From Bacteroidales bacterium (GTDB taxonomy: Bacteria; Bacteroidota; Bacteroidia; Bacteroidales; WCHB1-69): a stretch of 36,879 bases of DNA. Made by a program: the position numbers and the translations under genes. Location of the stretch: the NCBI GenBank assembly GCA_031272415.1, contig JAISTU010000207.1:1-36879 (forward strand), read 5' to 3'. Below, piece after piece: positions 14,852 to 23,812 of this stretch (its first letter is position 1; the number at the start of each line of letters is the position of its first letter). The notes beneath the pieces were generated by a model. That model had not been told where the DNA came from and made no database searches. It was given only the letters and a program-made list of their open reading frames with translations.

Positions 14852-17800
14852 GATTATTAAGAAAAAAAGGCAAAAAAATTATTATTTGTGCATCTATTGC
14901 ACTGTTTATCATTGGAATATGTGCTTTATTTATTCGTTTAAATACGGTAAAAATAGCCTTATTGAATTTTCCGAATTTTCAATATGCAAAAATGTTTAAG
15001 TCCAATACCAATCGATATATTGACTTGAAAAACATTACATTAGAAGATTTTGAAAAGTTAAAAAATTATGATGCTGTTTTGATTTTCGGCATGGGCATTC
15101 GCATGACGGATGAGCATAGAAAAGCATTGGGAGTCCTTAAAAATAAAGGAATTACAATTTATTCTACTGCTGTAACCGACCCTGTTAATCAAATTTCTAC
15201 ATTGGACAGTTTACAAGCGGCAAATGTGTCGGCATATTTGGAAAATGGAAGCCAAAAAAATTATCGTAATCTATTCAATTACATGCGAAAAGAGGTGTTG
15301 AAAAAGCATTTTTTTAATCAGCCTGTCGCAGCGCCGACCGTTGTCAGTTCGGACATATTTTTCCATTTGGATGGTGAAAATGTGTATAATTCCGTGTCTG
15401 AATTTGAAAATTATTACAAAAAAAATGGCTATTACAAGGAAAATGCCCCCAAAATAGCACTCATTTGTGGGATGATGGCACCTTTTGGGTCGGAGAAAGC
15501 CTATTTGGATTCGTTGATTATTGCACTGGAAGAAAAGCAATTAAATGTATATCCTTTTTACAGTTTTTCCAAGCGGTTTGAATTTTTGGAAAGCATTTCG
15601 CCCGATGCAGTGGTTTATTTGCCACACGGACGTCTTTTGATGGGCGAGGGCGACAAAATTACACATTGGTTAAAAAGTCGCAATATTCCACTCTTTTGTC
15701 CTCTTACTGTGCATGTTACGATAGATGAATGGCTCAAAAATAAACATGGAATGTTCGGCGGTTTTTTGAGTCAAAGTATTGTTATGCCTGAAATTGACGG
15801 CGGAATTATGCCCTTTACAGTTTTTGCACAACAAATTGATAATGAGGGACTTTACTCATTTGTTCCCATCTCTCATCGTTTGCAACAATTTGTAAATATT
15901 GTATCCAATTATATAAATTTAAAGCATAAACCAAACAAAGACAAAAAATTAGCGATTTATTATTACAAAGGTGCAGGCAATAATTCTTTGCTTGCGTTTG
16001 GCTTGGATGTTGTGCCTTCTTTGTATAATTTATTACAAATGCTTAAAAATGAGGGCTATACGGTCAAAAATTTGCCTTCTTCTGTGTCGGAATTTAAGGA
16101 TTTGATTTACAGACAAGGACCTGTTTTTAACAGTTATGCGGAGGGAAAAATTAACCAATTTTTGCACTCAAATTATCCCGCTTTTGTTGGACAAGAGGAA
16201 TACAATTTATGGCTTAAAAAGAGGCTTTTACCGCAAGTGGAACAACAATTACAGCAAAAATATGGCACACCGCCGGGGGAATATTTTACGCTCTCTCAAA
16301 ATGGAGAAAAGATGCTTGCTGTTACGCGTATTGAGTTGGGAAACATTGTTTTGTTGCCCCAGCCTGTGCAAGGGACGGGTGATAATTCATTCTCGGCGGT
16401 GCATGGCGACAATCCATTGCCTCCCTATCACTATATTGCTGCTTATTTGTGGGCACAAAATCATTTTCAAGCCGATGCTATGTTGCATTTTGGCACGCAT
16501 GGCTCTTTGGAATTTATACCCGGCAAACAGGTGGCTTTGTCTTCTTACGATTGGAGTGATATTTTGGTCGGTCAAACACCCCATTTTTACTATTACAGTA
16601 TTGCAGACGTGGGCGAGGCAATGATAGCAAAAAGAAGAACTTATGCCACGCTGATTAGCCACCTTAATCCGCCTTTTATAGAGACCCAATTGAATGAGAA
16701 GGTGGAGCATTTACAGCAAAAAATTCGCAATTATTTGTCATCAGATGCAAAAAATAAAGAAAAATCGCTTAATTTACAAATTAAAGCAGAGGTCATAAAA
16801 ATGGGTTTTCATCGAGATTTAAAATTAGATAGTTCTTTAATGCAAATTTATTCAGATGAAGATTTACAGAAAATAGATAATTTTGCAGAGGAGTTGTGCA
16901 GTGAGAAAATTACGGCAGGACAACACATTACAGGCATTGCTTTTGATGAGCGTAAAATACAATCTTCGGTGGTATTGATTTGCAGCGACCCCATTGCATA
17001 CAGTTTGGCACAATTGGACGTGTTGAAAGGAAAAATTACACCACAACAGATTGAAAATCAGCCTTATTTCAATGCAAATTATTATTTACCTGCCCAAAAA
17101 GCAGTCAAAAAAATGTTGGCAAATCCGAACATTGACCCTCTCAAAGTGCTTGTTTCTATAGGAATTAGCCCTTCGGAAATTGAAAAAGCAAAACAAATTA
17201 ACGCTCAAAGCCAGCCTACTGCAAATCCAATGGCGATGATGATGGCAAAACAGCCAACAAAAGGGAATAAAATGACATCTCAATCACCTGCAATGTCACA
17301 TTCTCCCCAAAATATGCCACAAAATACAAAAATTAGAACAAATTTATCCCAAAATGCAAAAAATCATCCGCAAAATATGTCGCAAAATGCACCTTCACAG
17401 TCGGAACAACTTATTAGTCAATCAATTATAACAATAGAAAACACTTTGCAAAAAGTCAATCAATATTATCAAAATTTAAAATTAAGTCCGCAAAATGAAC
17501 TCTCTCAATTGGTCAATGCGTTCAATGGAGGTTACATTTTGCCTTCTTCCGGTGGTGATTTTATCGCCAATCCAAGCACTTTGCCAAGTGGTAGAAATTT
17601 GTATGCAATCAATGCCGAAGCCATGCCGACACCGCAAGCATGGGAAAAAGGCGTTACGTTAGCAAAGGAACTCATTGATAAATACCGCAAAAATCACAGC
17701 AATCAATATCCACAAAAAGTGAGTTTTACGCTCTGGTCGGGCAGTTTTATTGAGAGCGAAGGGGCAACGATTGCACAAATTTTGTACCTTTTGGGGGTAG

Positions 17801-19077
17801 AGCCGGTGCGAGACCAATTTAATCGTGTTTTAGATGTTCGCTTAATCCCTGAAAATGAATTAAATAGACCTCATATAGATGTAGTTGTTCAGACTTCGGG
17901 GCAATTCAGAGATTTGGCGGCTTCACGTTTATTATTGTTACAGAAAGCCATTGATTTAGTGGCAAATACAGATACAAAAGTGGACAATTTTGTTCAAAAA
18001 GGCAATCAAAAAGCCGAAGAGATGCTGTTAAAGAGCGGTTTTTCTCCCAAAGATGCACGACAATTAGCGTCTGTTCGTATTTTTGGCGGTGTAAATGGTA
18101 TGGCAGGCACCGGCATTACGGCGATGGTGGAAAGTGGGGCGCGTTGGGAAAATGAGTCTCAAATTGCAGAAGTTTATCTCAATAATATGGGTGCAATTTA
18201 CAGTGATACAGGCAATTGGGGTGATTTTCAGGGCGGTGTTTTTGCCGCCGCTTTGCAAAACACGGATATAGTTGTGCAACCCAGACAAAGCAATACGTGG
18301 GGAGCGTTGAGTCTTGACCATGTGTATGAATTTATGGGGGGCATAACGTTGGCAGTTCGGAACGTAACAGGCAAAGAACCTGAGGCTTACTTCAATGATT
18401 TGAGAAATCATTACCATGTCCGAATACAGGATTTGAAAACTGCCATAGGGGTGGAAGCACGCACGACCATCTTCAATCCTGCCTATATTAAAGAGCATAT
18501 CAAAAGTGAAAGCGACGCCAATTCTTTTGCAGAAATTATTCGCAATACTTATGGATGGAATGTGATGAAACCCAGCGTAATAGACAACGAATTGTGGGAA
18601 CAAATTTTTGATACGTACATTGACGATAAATACAATCTGAATTTGAAAACGTTTTTTGAGACACAAAATCCTGCTGCTCTGCAAGAAATGACCGCCGTTA
18701 TGTTGGAAACGTACAGAAAAGGCTATTGGAAAACTGCCAATGAAAAAATTGCAAAATTGAGTACTTTACATGCCGATTTGGTTACAAAATATGGTGCAGG
18801 ATGCAGTGGTTTTGTGTGTGATAATGCAAAATTACAACATCTTATTTCTTCTCAATTACCTGATAATCAAAGAGATAGATACAATTCTCAAATTTCGCAA
18901 GCAAGGGAAATACAAACATCTGATAATCAGAACGTCGTGTTAAAAAAAGAAACTTTACAAGACAACTCTTTTACGCGGAAAAGCACTGCATTGTCCACGA
19001 TTTTGGCAATTGTGGGAGGCGTTGCAGTTGTGTTGGTTGTTTTGTTGATTATTGTTAAGAGGAGGAAAAATGACTGA
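14848..19077 (+). CDS. hmuS: CobN/Mg-chelatase-family large protein (HmuS-type), membrane-anchored at both ends
   Basis: 1409 aa, with an ATGA overlap with the receptor gene. CobN-family blocks include HFGTHGSLEFIPGK, LPSGRNLYAINAEAMPT, DVVVQTSGQFRDL and QPRQSNTWGALSLDHVYEFMGG. There is an N-terminal TM helix (IIICASIALFIIGICALFI) and a C-terminal TM helix (ALSTILAIVGGVAVVLVVLLIIV). Confidence 0.85.
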   Translation: MRLLRKKGKKIIICASIALFIIGICALFIRLNTVKIALLNFPNFQYAKMFKSNTNRYIDLKNITLEDFEKLKNYDAVLIFGMGIRMTDEHRKALGVLKNKGITIYSTAVTDPVNQISTLDSLQAANVSAYLENGSQKNYRNLFNYMRKEVLKKHFFNQPVAAPTVVSSDIFFHLDGENVYNSVSEFENYYKKNGYYKENAPKIALICGMMAPFGSEKAYLDSLIIALEEKQLNVYPFYSFSKRFEFLESISPDAVVYLPHGRLLMGEGDKITHWLKSRNIPLFCPLTVHVTIDEWLKNKHGMFGGFLSQSIVMPEIDGGIMPFTVFAQQIDNEGLYSFVPISHRLQQFVNIVSNYINLKHKPNKDKKLAIYYYKGAGNNSLLAFGLDVVPSLYNLLQMLKNEGYTVKNLPSSVSEFKDLIYRQGPVFNSYAEGKINQFLHSNYPAFVGQEEYNLWLKKRLLPQVEQQLQQKYGTPPGEYFTLSQNGEKMLAVTRIELGNIVLLPQPVQGTGDNSFSAVHGDNPLPPYHYIAAYLWAQNHFQADAMLHFGTHGSLEFIPGKQVALSSYDWSDILVGQTPHFYYYSIADVGEAMIAKRRTYATLISHLNPPFIETQLNEKVEHLQQKIRNYLSSDAKNKEKSLNLQIKAEVIKMGFHRDLKLDSSLMQIYSDEDLQKIDNFAEELCSEKITAGQHITGIAFDERKIQSSVVLICSDPIAYSLAQLDVLKGKITPQQIENQPYFNANYYLPAQKAVKKMLANPNIDPLKVLVSIGISPSEIEKAKQINAQSQPTANPMAMMMAKQPTKGNKMTSQSPAMSHSPQNMPQNTKIRTNLSQNAKNHPQNMSQNAPSQSEQLISQSIITIENTLQKVNQYYQNLKLSPQNELSQLVNAFNGGYILPSSGGDFIANPSTLPSGRNLYAINAEAMPTPQAWEKGVTLAKELIDKYRKNHSNQYPQKVSFTLWSGSFIESEGATIAQILYLLGVEPVRDQFNRVLDVRLIPENELNRPHIDVVVQTSGQFRDLAASRLLLLQKAIDLVANTDTKVDNFVQKGNQKAEEMLLKSGFSPKDARQLASVRIFGGVNGMAGTGITAMVESGARWENESQIAEVYLNNMGAIYSDTGNWGDFQGGVFAAALQNTDIVVQPRQSNTWGALSLDHVYEFMGGITLAVRNVTGKEPEAYFNDLRNHYHVRIQDLKTAIGVEARTTIFNPAYIKEHIKSESDANSFAEIIRNTYGWNVMKPSVIDNELWEQIFDTYIDDKYNLNLKTFFETQNPAALQEMTAVMLETYRKGYWKTANEKIAKLSTLHADLVTKYGAGCSGFVCDNAKLQHLISSQLPDNQRDRYNSQISQAREIQTSDNQNVVLKKETLQDNSFTRKSTALSTILAIVGGVAVVLVVLLIIVKRRKND
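17333..17365 (+). repeat. Intergenic-type repeat module embedded in frame in hmuS
   Basis: ttagaacaaatttatcccaaaatgcaaaaaatc matches 190-224 (ttagaacaaatttatcctaaaatgcaaaaaaaatc), differing by one substitution and a shorter A run. Here it is translated as ...IRTNLSQNAKNH... Confidence 0.85.
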
Positions 19078-19762
19078 TATTTTGCTGATTATCACTATTT
19101 TATGCTTTGTAAAGAATCTGTTTACAGCCTCTCTTTTGCCTTCTTTTTGGCAAAAGTTGCTCATTGGCTTGATTTGTTTTGCAGTTGTTTGGTTTTTAGA
19201 ACCTTACGCCATTCAAATCAACAAATTTTATGCAGAAAATGTATTGCTAAAATATGATAATATCTTGAATATCAATCTATTTACAACTGTTGACCTTTTG
19301 CTGACTTTCACTTTTTGCCACTTAATTGTCAAAAAACAGCAATATAAAAAATTGCAATTATATGAAAAAATATTGCTTTTTTTGCCTTTTTTATCTTTTT
19401 TACCGATAGTGTTTTATTGGCAAATACAAACATTTTTTCTGTTTTGGGGTCAATCTTTTCTAAAATTAACCTTTTTATTTTCAGTTTTTATTTTTCTGCT
19501 CATAACAGGAATTTCGAGTGGAATAAGCAAAATCATCACAACAAGAACAATTTTTTTGGAAATTATCGGCATTTTATCATTGTTTTTGTTTGTTTTTTCT
19601 GTCTGTTGCATGGTATTGCATCCGACAAGTGTAATTATCTATAACACAACCAATTACATCAATTTCAGGGAGTTTATTTTTTCATTTCTGACTCTGCTGT
19701 TAGGCTTTGTAGTTGGTTTTTTATCGCAAAAAATTAAAAAATATATAAAAAAATATCAATAA
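19070..19762 (+). CDS. Polytopic integral membrane protein (position of hmuT in hmu loci)
   Basis: The ATG at 19070 is preceded by aggaggaaaa and overlaps the hmuS stop by 8 nt. About seven hydrophobic helices. No recognisable catalytic motif. Confidence 0.6.
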   Translation: MTDILLIITILCFVKNLFTASLLPSFWQKLLIGLICFAVVWFLEPYAIQINKFYAENVLLKYDNILNINLFTTVDLLLTFTFCHLIVKKQQYKKLQLYEKILLFLPFLSFLPIVFYWQIQTFFLFWGQSFLKLTFLFSVFIFLLITGISSGISKIITTRTIFLEIIGILSLFLFVFSVCCMVLHPTSVIIYNTTNYINFREFIFSFLTLLLGFVVGFLSQKIKKYIKKYQ

Positions 19763-20382
19763 TGGAATATATATCAAATGTAATGTTTTGGATTTCAAAT
19801 GGTTTGTTAGTGCCTGTAATTGTCGGGCTGCTGTTTTTCTTTTGTCAATCAATATTGATGATAGGCAGCCTTTACAATCAATATTTACAGCGCAAAAAGC
19901 AGCATAAAATCCTAAAAATCAAATTGTTAAAATTAGACAATAACAATTTATCGGATTTGGAAAAAGAAATTGAGCAAAGTCCTCAAAATGAATGGACTAA
20001 AACCATTTCCCAATTGTACAAAATGCAAAATAGTTTGGCACACAGAGATTTATACATTTCTGAATTTGAAATGAAAGCACAAAAAAGCATCTCAAAAGCC
20101 AAAATATTGGTCAAATTTGGACCCATTTTGGGTTTAATGGGGACGCTCATCCCTATGGGACCTGCATTGGTGGGACTTTCCACAGGAAACATAGAATCGA
20201 TGGCTTACAATATGCAGGTCGCTTTTGCAACTACTGTTTTGGGGCTTTTGACGGGTGCAATCGGCTATATTTTGTTGCAATTTCGGCAAAAATGGGCAAA
20301 TGAAGACCTTACACAACTCGATTTTATTTCCAATCTTATGTCTGAGAATCAAAAAAATACATTATGCGAAGGCGACAAATAA
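19762..20382 (+). CDS. MotA/TolQ/ExbB-family proton-channel protein
   Basis: TAATG overlap with the upstream gene. The conserved channel region is KFGPILGLMGTLIPMGPALVGL followed by a C-terminal TM helix (TTVLGLLTGAIGYILLQF). Confidence 0.75.
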   Translation: MEYISNVMFWISNGLLVPVIVGLLFFFCQSILMIGSLYNQYLQRKKQHKILKIKLLKLDNNNLSDLEKEIEQSPQNEWTKTISQLYKMQNSLAHRDLYISEFEMKAQKSISKAKILVKFGPILGLMGTLIPMGPALVGLSTGNIESMAYNMQVAFATTVLGLLTGAIGYILLQFRQKWANEDLTQLDFISNLMSENQKNTLCEGDK

Positions 20383-20693
20383 TTAAAAATGAGGACAATA
20401 CGGATATTATGGCAACGGTTTCCAATCTTTTTGATGTGGCGATGGTGTTTGCGGTCGCTCTGATGGTGGCTTTGGTAACAAAATTTAAAATGACCGAAAT
20501 TTTCTCGCAAGAAGATTATACAATTGTTAAAAATCCCGGTACCCAACAAATGGAAATTATTACCAAAAAAGGCGAAAAAATTACCAAATATTCTACCGCC
20601 GACCAACAAACTTCCGCCTCTCCAAAAGGCAGAAAAGTCGGTATCGCTTACGAATTAGAAACAGGAGAAATAATTTATGTGCCGGAAAAATAA
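20364..20693 (+). CDS. Small single-TM protein in the ExbD position (DUF2149-like)
   Basis: 19-nt overlap with the MotA/ExbB gene. It has a basic N-terminus, then one TM helix (NLFDVAMVFAVALMVALV), then a soluble tail. Confidence 0.55.
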   Translation: MRRRQIIKNEDNTDIMATVSNLFDVAMVFAVALMVALVTKFKMTEIFSQEDYTIVKNPGTQQMEIITKKGEKITKYSTADQQTSASPKGRKVGIAYELETGEIIYVPEK

Positions 20694-20756
20694 TTGAAAA
20701 TTAAAAAATAAAATCTAACATAAAAAAATATTTAATTCTCAACTCAAAAAAAAGTG

Positions 20757-20764
20757 TAATTTTG
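20757..20764 (+). promoter_or_regulatory. -7 box TAATTTTG (aaaagtgTAATTTTGcaaaa)
   Basis: Matches TAnnTTTG, 51 nt upstream of the ATG at 20815. Confidence 0.5.
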
Positions 20765-20814
20765 CAAAATTATTAATTATATTTTTTTTTAACGTTAAAA
20801 ACAGATTTTTTTTT

Positions 20815-21834
20815 ATGACAGATTTTAGGATTTTTCGTATGACAATGGCTGTTGCGTTGATAGCAACGGCGGTCGGTTTTACAGCATGTAAGAAACCGAT
20901 AGTAGTAGACACAGTTAGTTTGGATAAAACCGAACTGATGATGTTTAAAAATGACACAATTACGCTAACGGTGACCATTTTGCCCGACAATGCAGAAGAT
21001 AAGTCGGTCAAATGGAGTAGCAGCAATGCAACAGTTGCGGCGGTAGACCAAAATGGCGTAGTAGTAGCACTCGCAGGCGGTACGGCGGTGATTATGGTAA
21101 CAACAAATGACGGCAATAAATCTGCCTCATGCAACATTACCGTGCCTATCGACAGCGGAACTCTGGCAGGGAGTCCAATTAAATGGATACTCCTCAATGA
21201 AAAAACAATGATTCTCAGGGGAGAAGGTGCAATGAAAGATTACACCAACCTTGACCAATCTAAACCGTGGGATAACCCCAACTCAAAAATTAAGGACATT
21301 ATTGTTGAGGAAGGTGTAACCGCTATCGGGAAGTATGCGTTCTATCGGGCTATGATAGAAACGATTACAGTGCCGACAACCGTAACTTCTATCGGACAGG
21401 GTGCATTTACGGAAGCCTCTGAGTTGAAACAGATTACTTTCGCCAGCGATGTAGGCTTGCAAGACATCAACGACTACGTATTCCAAAGTTGTTGGTCTCT
21501 CAAAACGCTCAAACTGCCTTCAACGCTAAGGGCTCTCCGTACGGCTGCATTTCAGTATTCCGGTTTGGAAACGATTGAAATTCCTCTCCAAGTTACCACA
21601 ATTCAACAGGCTGCTTTTGGTGGCTGTGATTCTTTAAAAGAATTGACCGTCAATTGGGCAAACCCAGTCACATGTGCAATGCAAAATTCAACCGACATTG
21701 GCAATGGTGTTTTCAAAAGTATTTCTACTGCTAAATTAGCAACTATAAAGTTGAATGTTCCGGCGGGTTCAAAGACCAACTATGAGGCGCATGATGTTTG
21801 GAAATATTTCAATATAGTAGAAAAACCAAATTAA
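20815..21834 (+). CDS. Surface lipoprotein with a Big_2 Ig-like domain and BspA-type leucine-rich repeats
   Basis: Lipobox ATAVGFTAC. Big_2-like segment VSLDKTELMMFKNDTITLTVTILPDNAEDKSVKWSSSNATVAAVDQNGVVVALAGGTAVI. LRR_5/BspA-like repeats include VTAIGKYAFYRA, VTSIGQGAFTEA, INDYVFQSC, RTAAFQYS and IQQAAFGGC. Confidence 0.8.
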   Translation: MTDFRIFRMTMAVALIATAVGFTACKKPIVVDTVSLDKTELMMFKNDTITLTVTILPDNAEDKSVKWSSSNATVAAVDQNGVVVALAGGTAVIMVTTNDGNKSASCNITVPIDSGTLAGSPIKWILLNEKTMILRGEGAMKDYTNLDQSKPWDNPNSKIKDIIVEEGVTAIGKYAFYRAMIETITVPTTVTSIGQGAFTEASELKQITFASDVGLQDINDYVFQSCWSLKTLKLPSTLRALRTAAFQYSGLETIEIPLQVTTIQQAAFGGCDSLKELTVNWANPVTCAMQNSTDIGNGVFKSISTAKLATIKLNVPAGSKTNYEAHDVWKYFNIVEKPN

Positions 21835-21866
21835 TTAATGTTTTATTTTTTGTGTCATAATATTAT

Positions 21867-21902
21867 GGCTCCCTGATATATGTTTGGGGAGTCTTTTTTT
21901 TA
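21867..21902 (+). terminator. Rho-independent terminator between convergent genes
   Basis: ggctccc-N13-gggagtc (7-bp stem with one G-U pair) followed by T9. Confidence 0.7.
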
Positions 21903-21938
21903 TGGGGGAAATAATATAATTTATTGATTTACAATGTA

Positions 21939-22925
21939 TTAAAAATATTTTTCTATCAAATATTGAGCAATTTGGACGGCATTTGTGGCAGCCCCTTTTC
22001 TGAGATTATCGGCTACTATCCACATATTGAGGGAATTATCTCTACTGAAATCGCGTCTGATTCTGCCCACAAAGACATCATCTTTTCCTTGTGCAAAAAG
22101 TGGCATAGGATATAGATTGTTCTCTACATTATCTTCTACCGTAACCCCAGGCATGTTGTTGAGCAAAGTATAAATCTCTTCCATGGAGAAAGATTTTTTT
22201 AATTCCACGTTCACCGACTCGGAATGACCGCCCGTAACGGGGACACGTACAACAGTAGGAGAGATTTGTATGTTCTTGTCATTGAGTATTTTATGAGTTT
22301 CATTGACCAATTTCATCTCTTCGCTCGTGTAGCCATTTTTTTCAAAAGTGCCTCCATGCGGGAAAACATTCATATCTATGGGGTGCGGATATGCCTTTTC
22401 TACGTTTTCTTTTCGCCGTTCTGCCTCCAATTGGCGAACGGCTTTTACGCCCGTTCCTGTTACCGACTGATAAGTAGAGACAACTACTCTCCTGATTTTC
22501 AATGCTTTATGAAGTGGATAAAGAGCCATCACCATTTCAATAGTAGAACAATTCGGATTGGCAATAATTTTATTAACCGGCGAAATAGTTGCGGCATTTA
22601 TTTCCGGCACAATCAGCGGAACTTGCTCATTCATACGCCATTGTGAAGAATTATCAATCACAAAACATCCATTTTTGGCAAAAGTAGGTGCATATTGTTG
22701 CGAAACCGCACTGCCTGCCGAAAATAAAGCAATGTGAGGACGCATTTTTATCACATCTTCTACCGAATAAATTTTGTAATATTTGTTGTTGATTTTCAAT
22801 ACATTACCTACTGATTTAGGCGATGCCGCCGCTATTACATCTGAGGAAGAAAAACCTCTCTCTTCCAACACTTTTAACATCACATTTCCCACTAATCCTG
22901 TGGCTCCAATTACAGCAATTTTCAT
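21939..22925 (-). CDS. asd: Aspartate-semialdehyde dehydrogenase
   Basis: MKIAVIGATGLVG (NADP-binding), IANPNCSTI (active-site Cys) and VPVTGGHSESVNVEL. 328 aa. Confidence 0.9.
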   Translation of the reverse strand: MKIAVIGATGLVGNVMLKVLEERGFSSSDVIAAASPKSVGNVLKINNKYYKIYSVEDVIKMRPHIALFSAGSAVSQQYAPTFAKNGCFVIDNSSQWRMNEQVPLIVPEINAATISPVNKIIANPNCSTIEMVMALYPLHKALKIRRVVVSTYQSVTGTGVKAVRQLEAERRKENVEKAYPHPIDMNVFPHGGTFEKNGYTSEEMKLVNETHKILNDKNIQISPTVVRVPVTGGHSESVNVELKKSFSMEEIYTLLNNMPGVTVEDNVENNLYPMPLFAQGKDDVFVGRIRRDFSRDNSLNMWIVADNLRKGAATNAVQIAQYLIEKYF

Positions 22926-22963
22926 CTTTTTTTACTTTACTTTATTTAATTAATTAACATTTT

Positions 22964-22997
22964 GCAAAGATACACCTTTTCGTCAATTAAAAATTAA
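22964..22997 (-). promoter_or_regulatory. Promoter cassette for asd (reverse complement: ttaatttttaattg-N12-TATCTTTG)
   Basis: caaagata at 22964-22971 and caattaaaaattaa at 22984-22997. Confidence 0.7.
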
Positions 22998-23016
22998 ATT
23001 TTAAAAATCGGCTCAA

Positions 23017-23036
23017 TTAGAGTGTAGAGTGTAGAG
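23017..23036. repeat. ttagagtgtagagtgtagag, the inverted partner of 23180-23198
   Basis: Its reverse complement ctctacactctacactctaa matches tctacactctacactataa at 23180-23198 (18 of 20). Confidence 0.8.
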
Positions 23037-23110
23037 AATTGATTATCAAATGTTTATATCTTATTTTGTAGGGGGGAGACAGGTAGAGGGTACAGGATGA
23101 AAGGTAAAAA

Positions 23111-23198
23111 AATAATTATCCATTCTCAATTCTTTTCTCCAATTTTAGAACGTTTTTATCCCAAAATGCAAAAAAAAAATCTACACTCTACACTATAA
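23111..23198 (+). repeat. Word block (aataattatccattctcaattc) plus ttagaac...aaaatgcaaaaaaaaaatctacactctacactataa module
   Basis: 35 nt at 23143-23177 are identical to 26076-26110. Same family as 190-234. Confidence 0.85.
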
Positions 23199-23208
23199 AA
23201 AAAGGTTT

Positions 23209-23241
23209 TTAATTTTTAATTGAATAATTTGTGTATCTTTG
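23209..23241 (+). promoter_or_regulatory. Promoter cassette ttaatttttaattg-N11-TATCTTTG
   Basis: The -7 box at 23234-23241 is 23 nt upstream of the ATG at 23264. Confidence 0.7.
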
Positions 23242-23263
23242 CAAAAGTTAAGAATGAAAAAAT

Positions 23264-23812
23264 ATGCAGAAAAAAATATTTAAACAAAAATGGAGTTTGG
23301 CAATAGTAGCCTTTGTTTGTATGGTTTTTTTTATGGCGTGCAATCAACCGAATTATTTTTATTTTGAAAATCAAGATATAGAAAATGAAGTGTGGACGGT
23401 CAATAATCAATTGCCGTTTCATTTTACGGTTGAGGACACCATAAAACCATATTATGTAGGCTTTTGTGTGCGTTATACGCAGCAATATCCGGCGCAAAAT
23501 ATGTATGTTTTTTTGCATACCACTTTGCCCAATGGAATGATTATGCACGATACAATTTTGACGGATTTGTTTTATTTAGACGGCAGTGCAATTGGTAAAG
23601 GACAGAGAATCAAGGAATTATATAATACATTCAGTCCATTAACTTTTCCATTGAAAGGAAAATATACCATGCGACTTGAACAGGCGGTACGCATAGACAC
23701 AACAGCAATTGATAGTTTGAAAGGAATTGTTTCAATAGGATTATATATAACTGAAAATCAAGTAAATAAAGATGGGAAATATACGCAAAAAAAGCAAACA
23801 AAAAAGCAATAA
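23264..23812 (+). CDS. gldH: GldH-like gliding-motility lipoprotein
   Basis: Lipoprotein signal (VCMVFFMAC), size about 180 aa. Pattern is W..N..LPFHFTVEDT...YYVGFCVRYTQQYPAQNMYVFL ... LEQAVRIDT..LKGIVSIGLYI, as I recall for GldH. It lies immediately upstream of a PBP1A gene. Recognised from memory only. Confidence 0.55.
   Translation: MQKKIFKQKWSLAIVAFVCMVFFMACNQPNYFYFENQDIENEVWTVNNQLPFHFTVEDTIKPYYVGFCVRYTQQYPAQNMYVFLHTTLPNGMIMHDTILTDLFYLDGSAIGKGQRIKELYNTFSPLTFPLKGKYTMRLEQAVRIDTTAIDSLKGIVSIGLYITENQVNKDGKYTQKKQTKKQ

Noticed and set aside
23017-23198. Possible invertible promoter (inverted repeats flanking a 140-bp segment between divergent genes).
   Set aside because: The segment between the inverted words contains no TAnnTTTG box. 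Both promoter boxes lie outside the repeats. No recombinase gene is nearby. It is better explained as two repeat cassettes inserted head to head.
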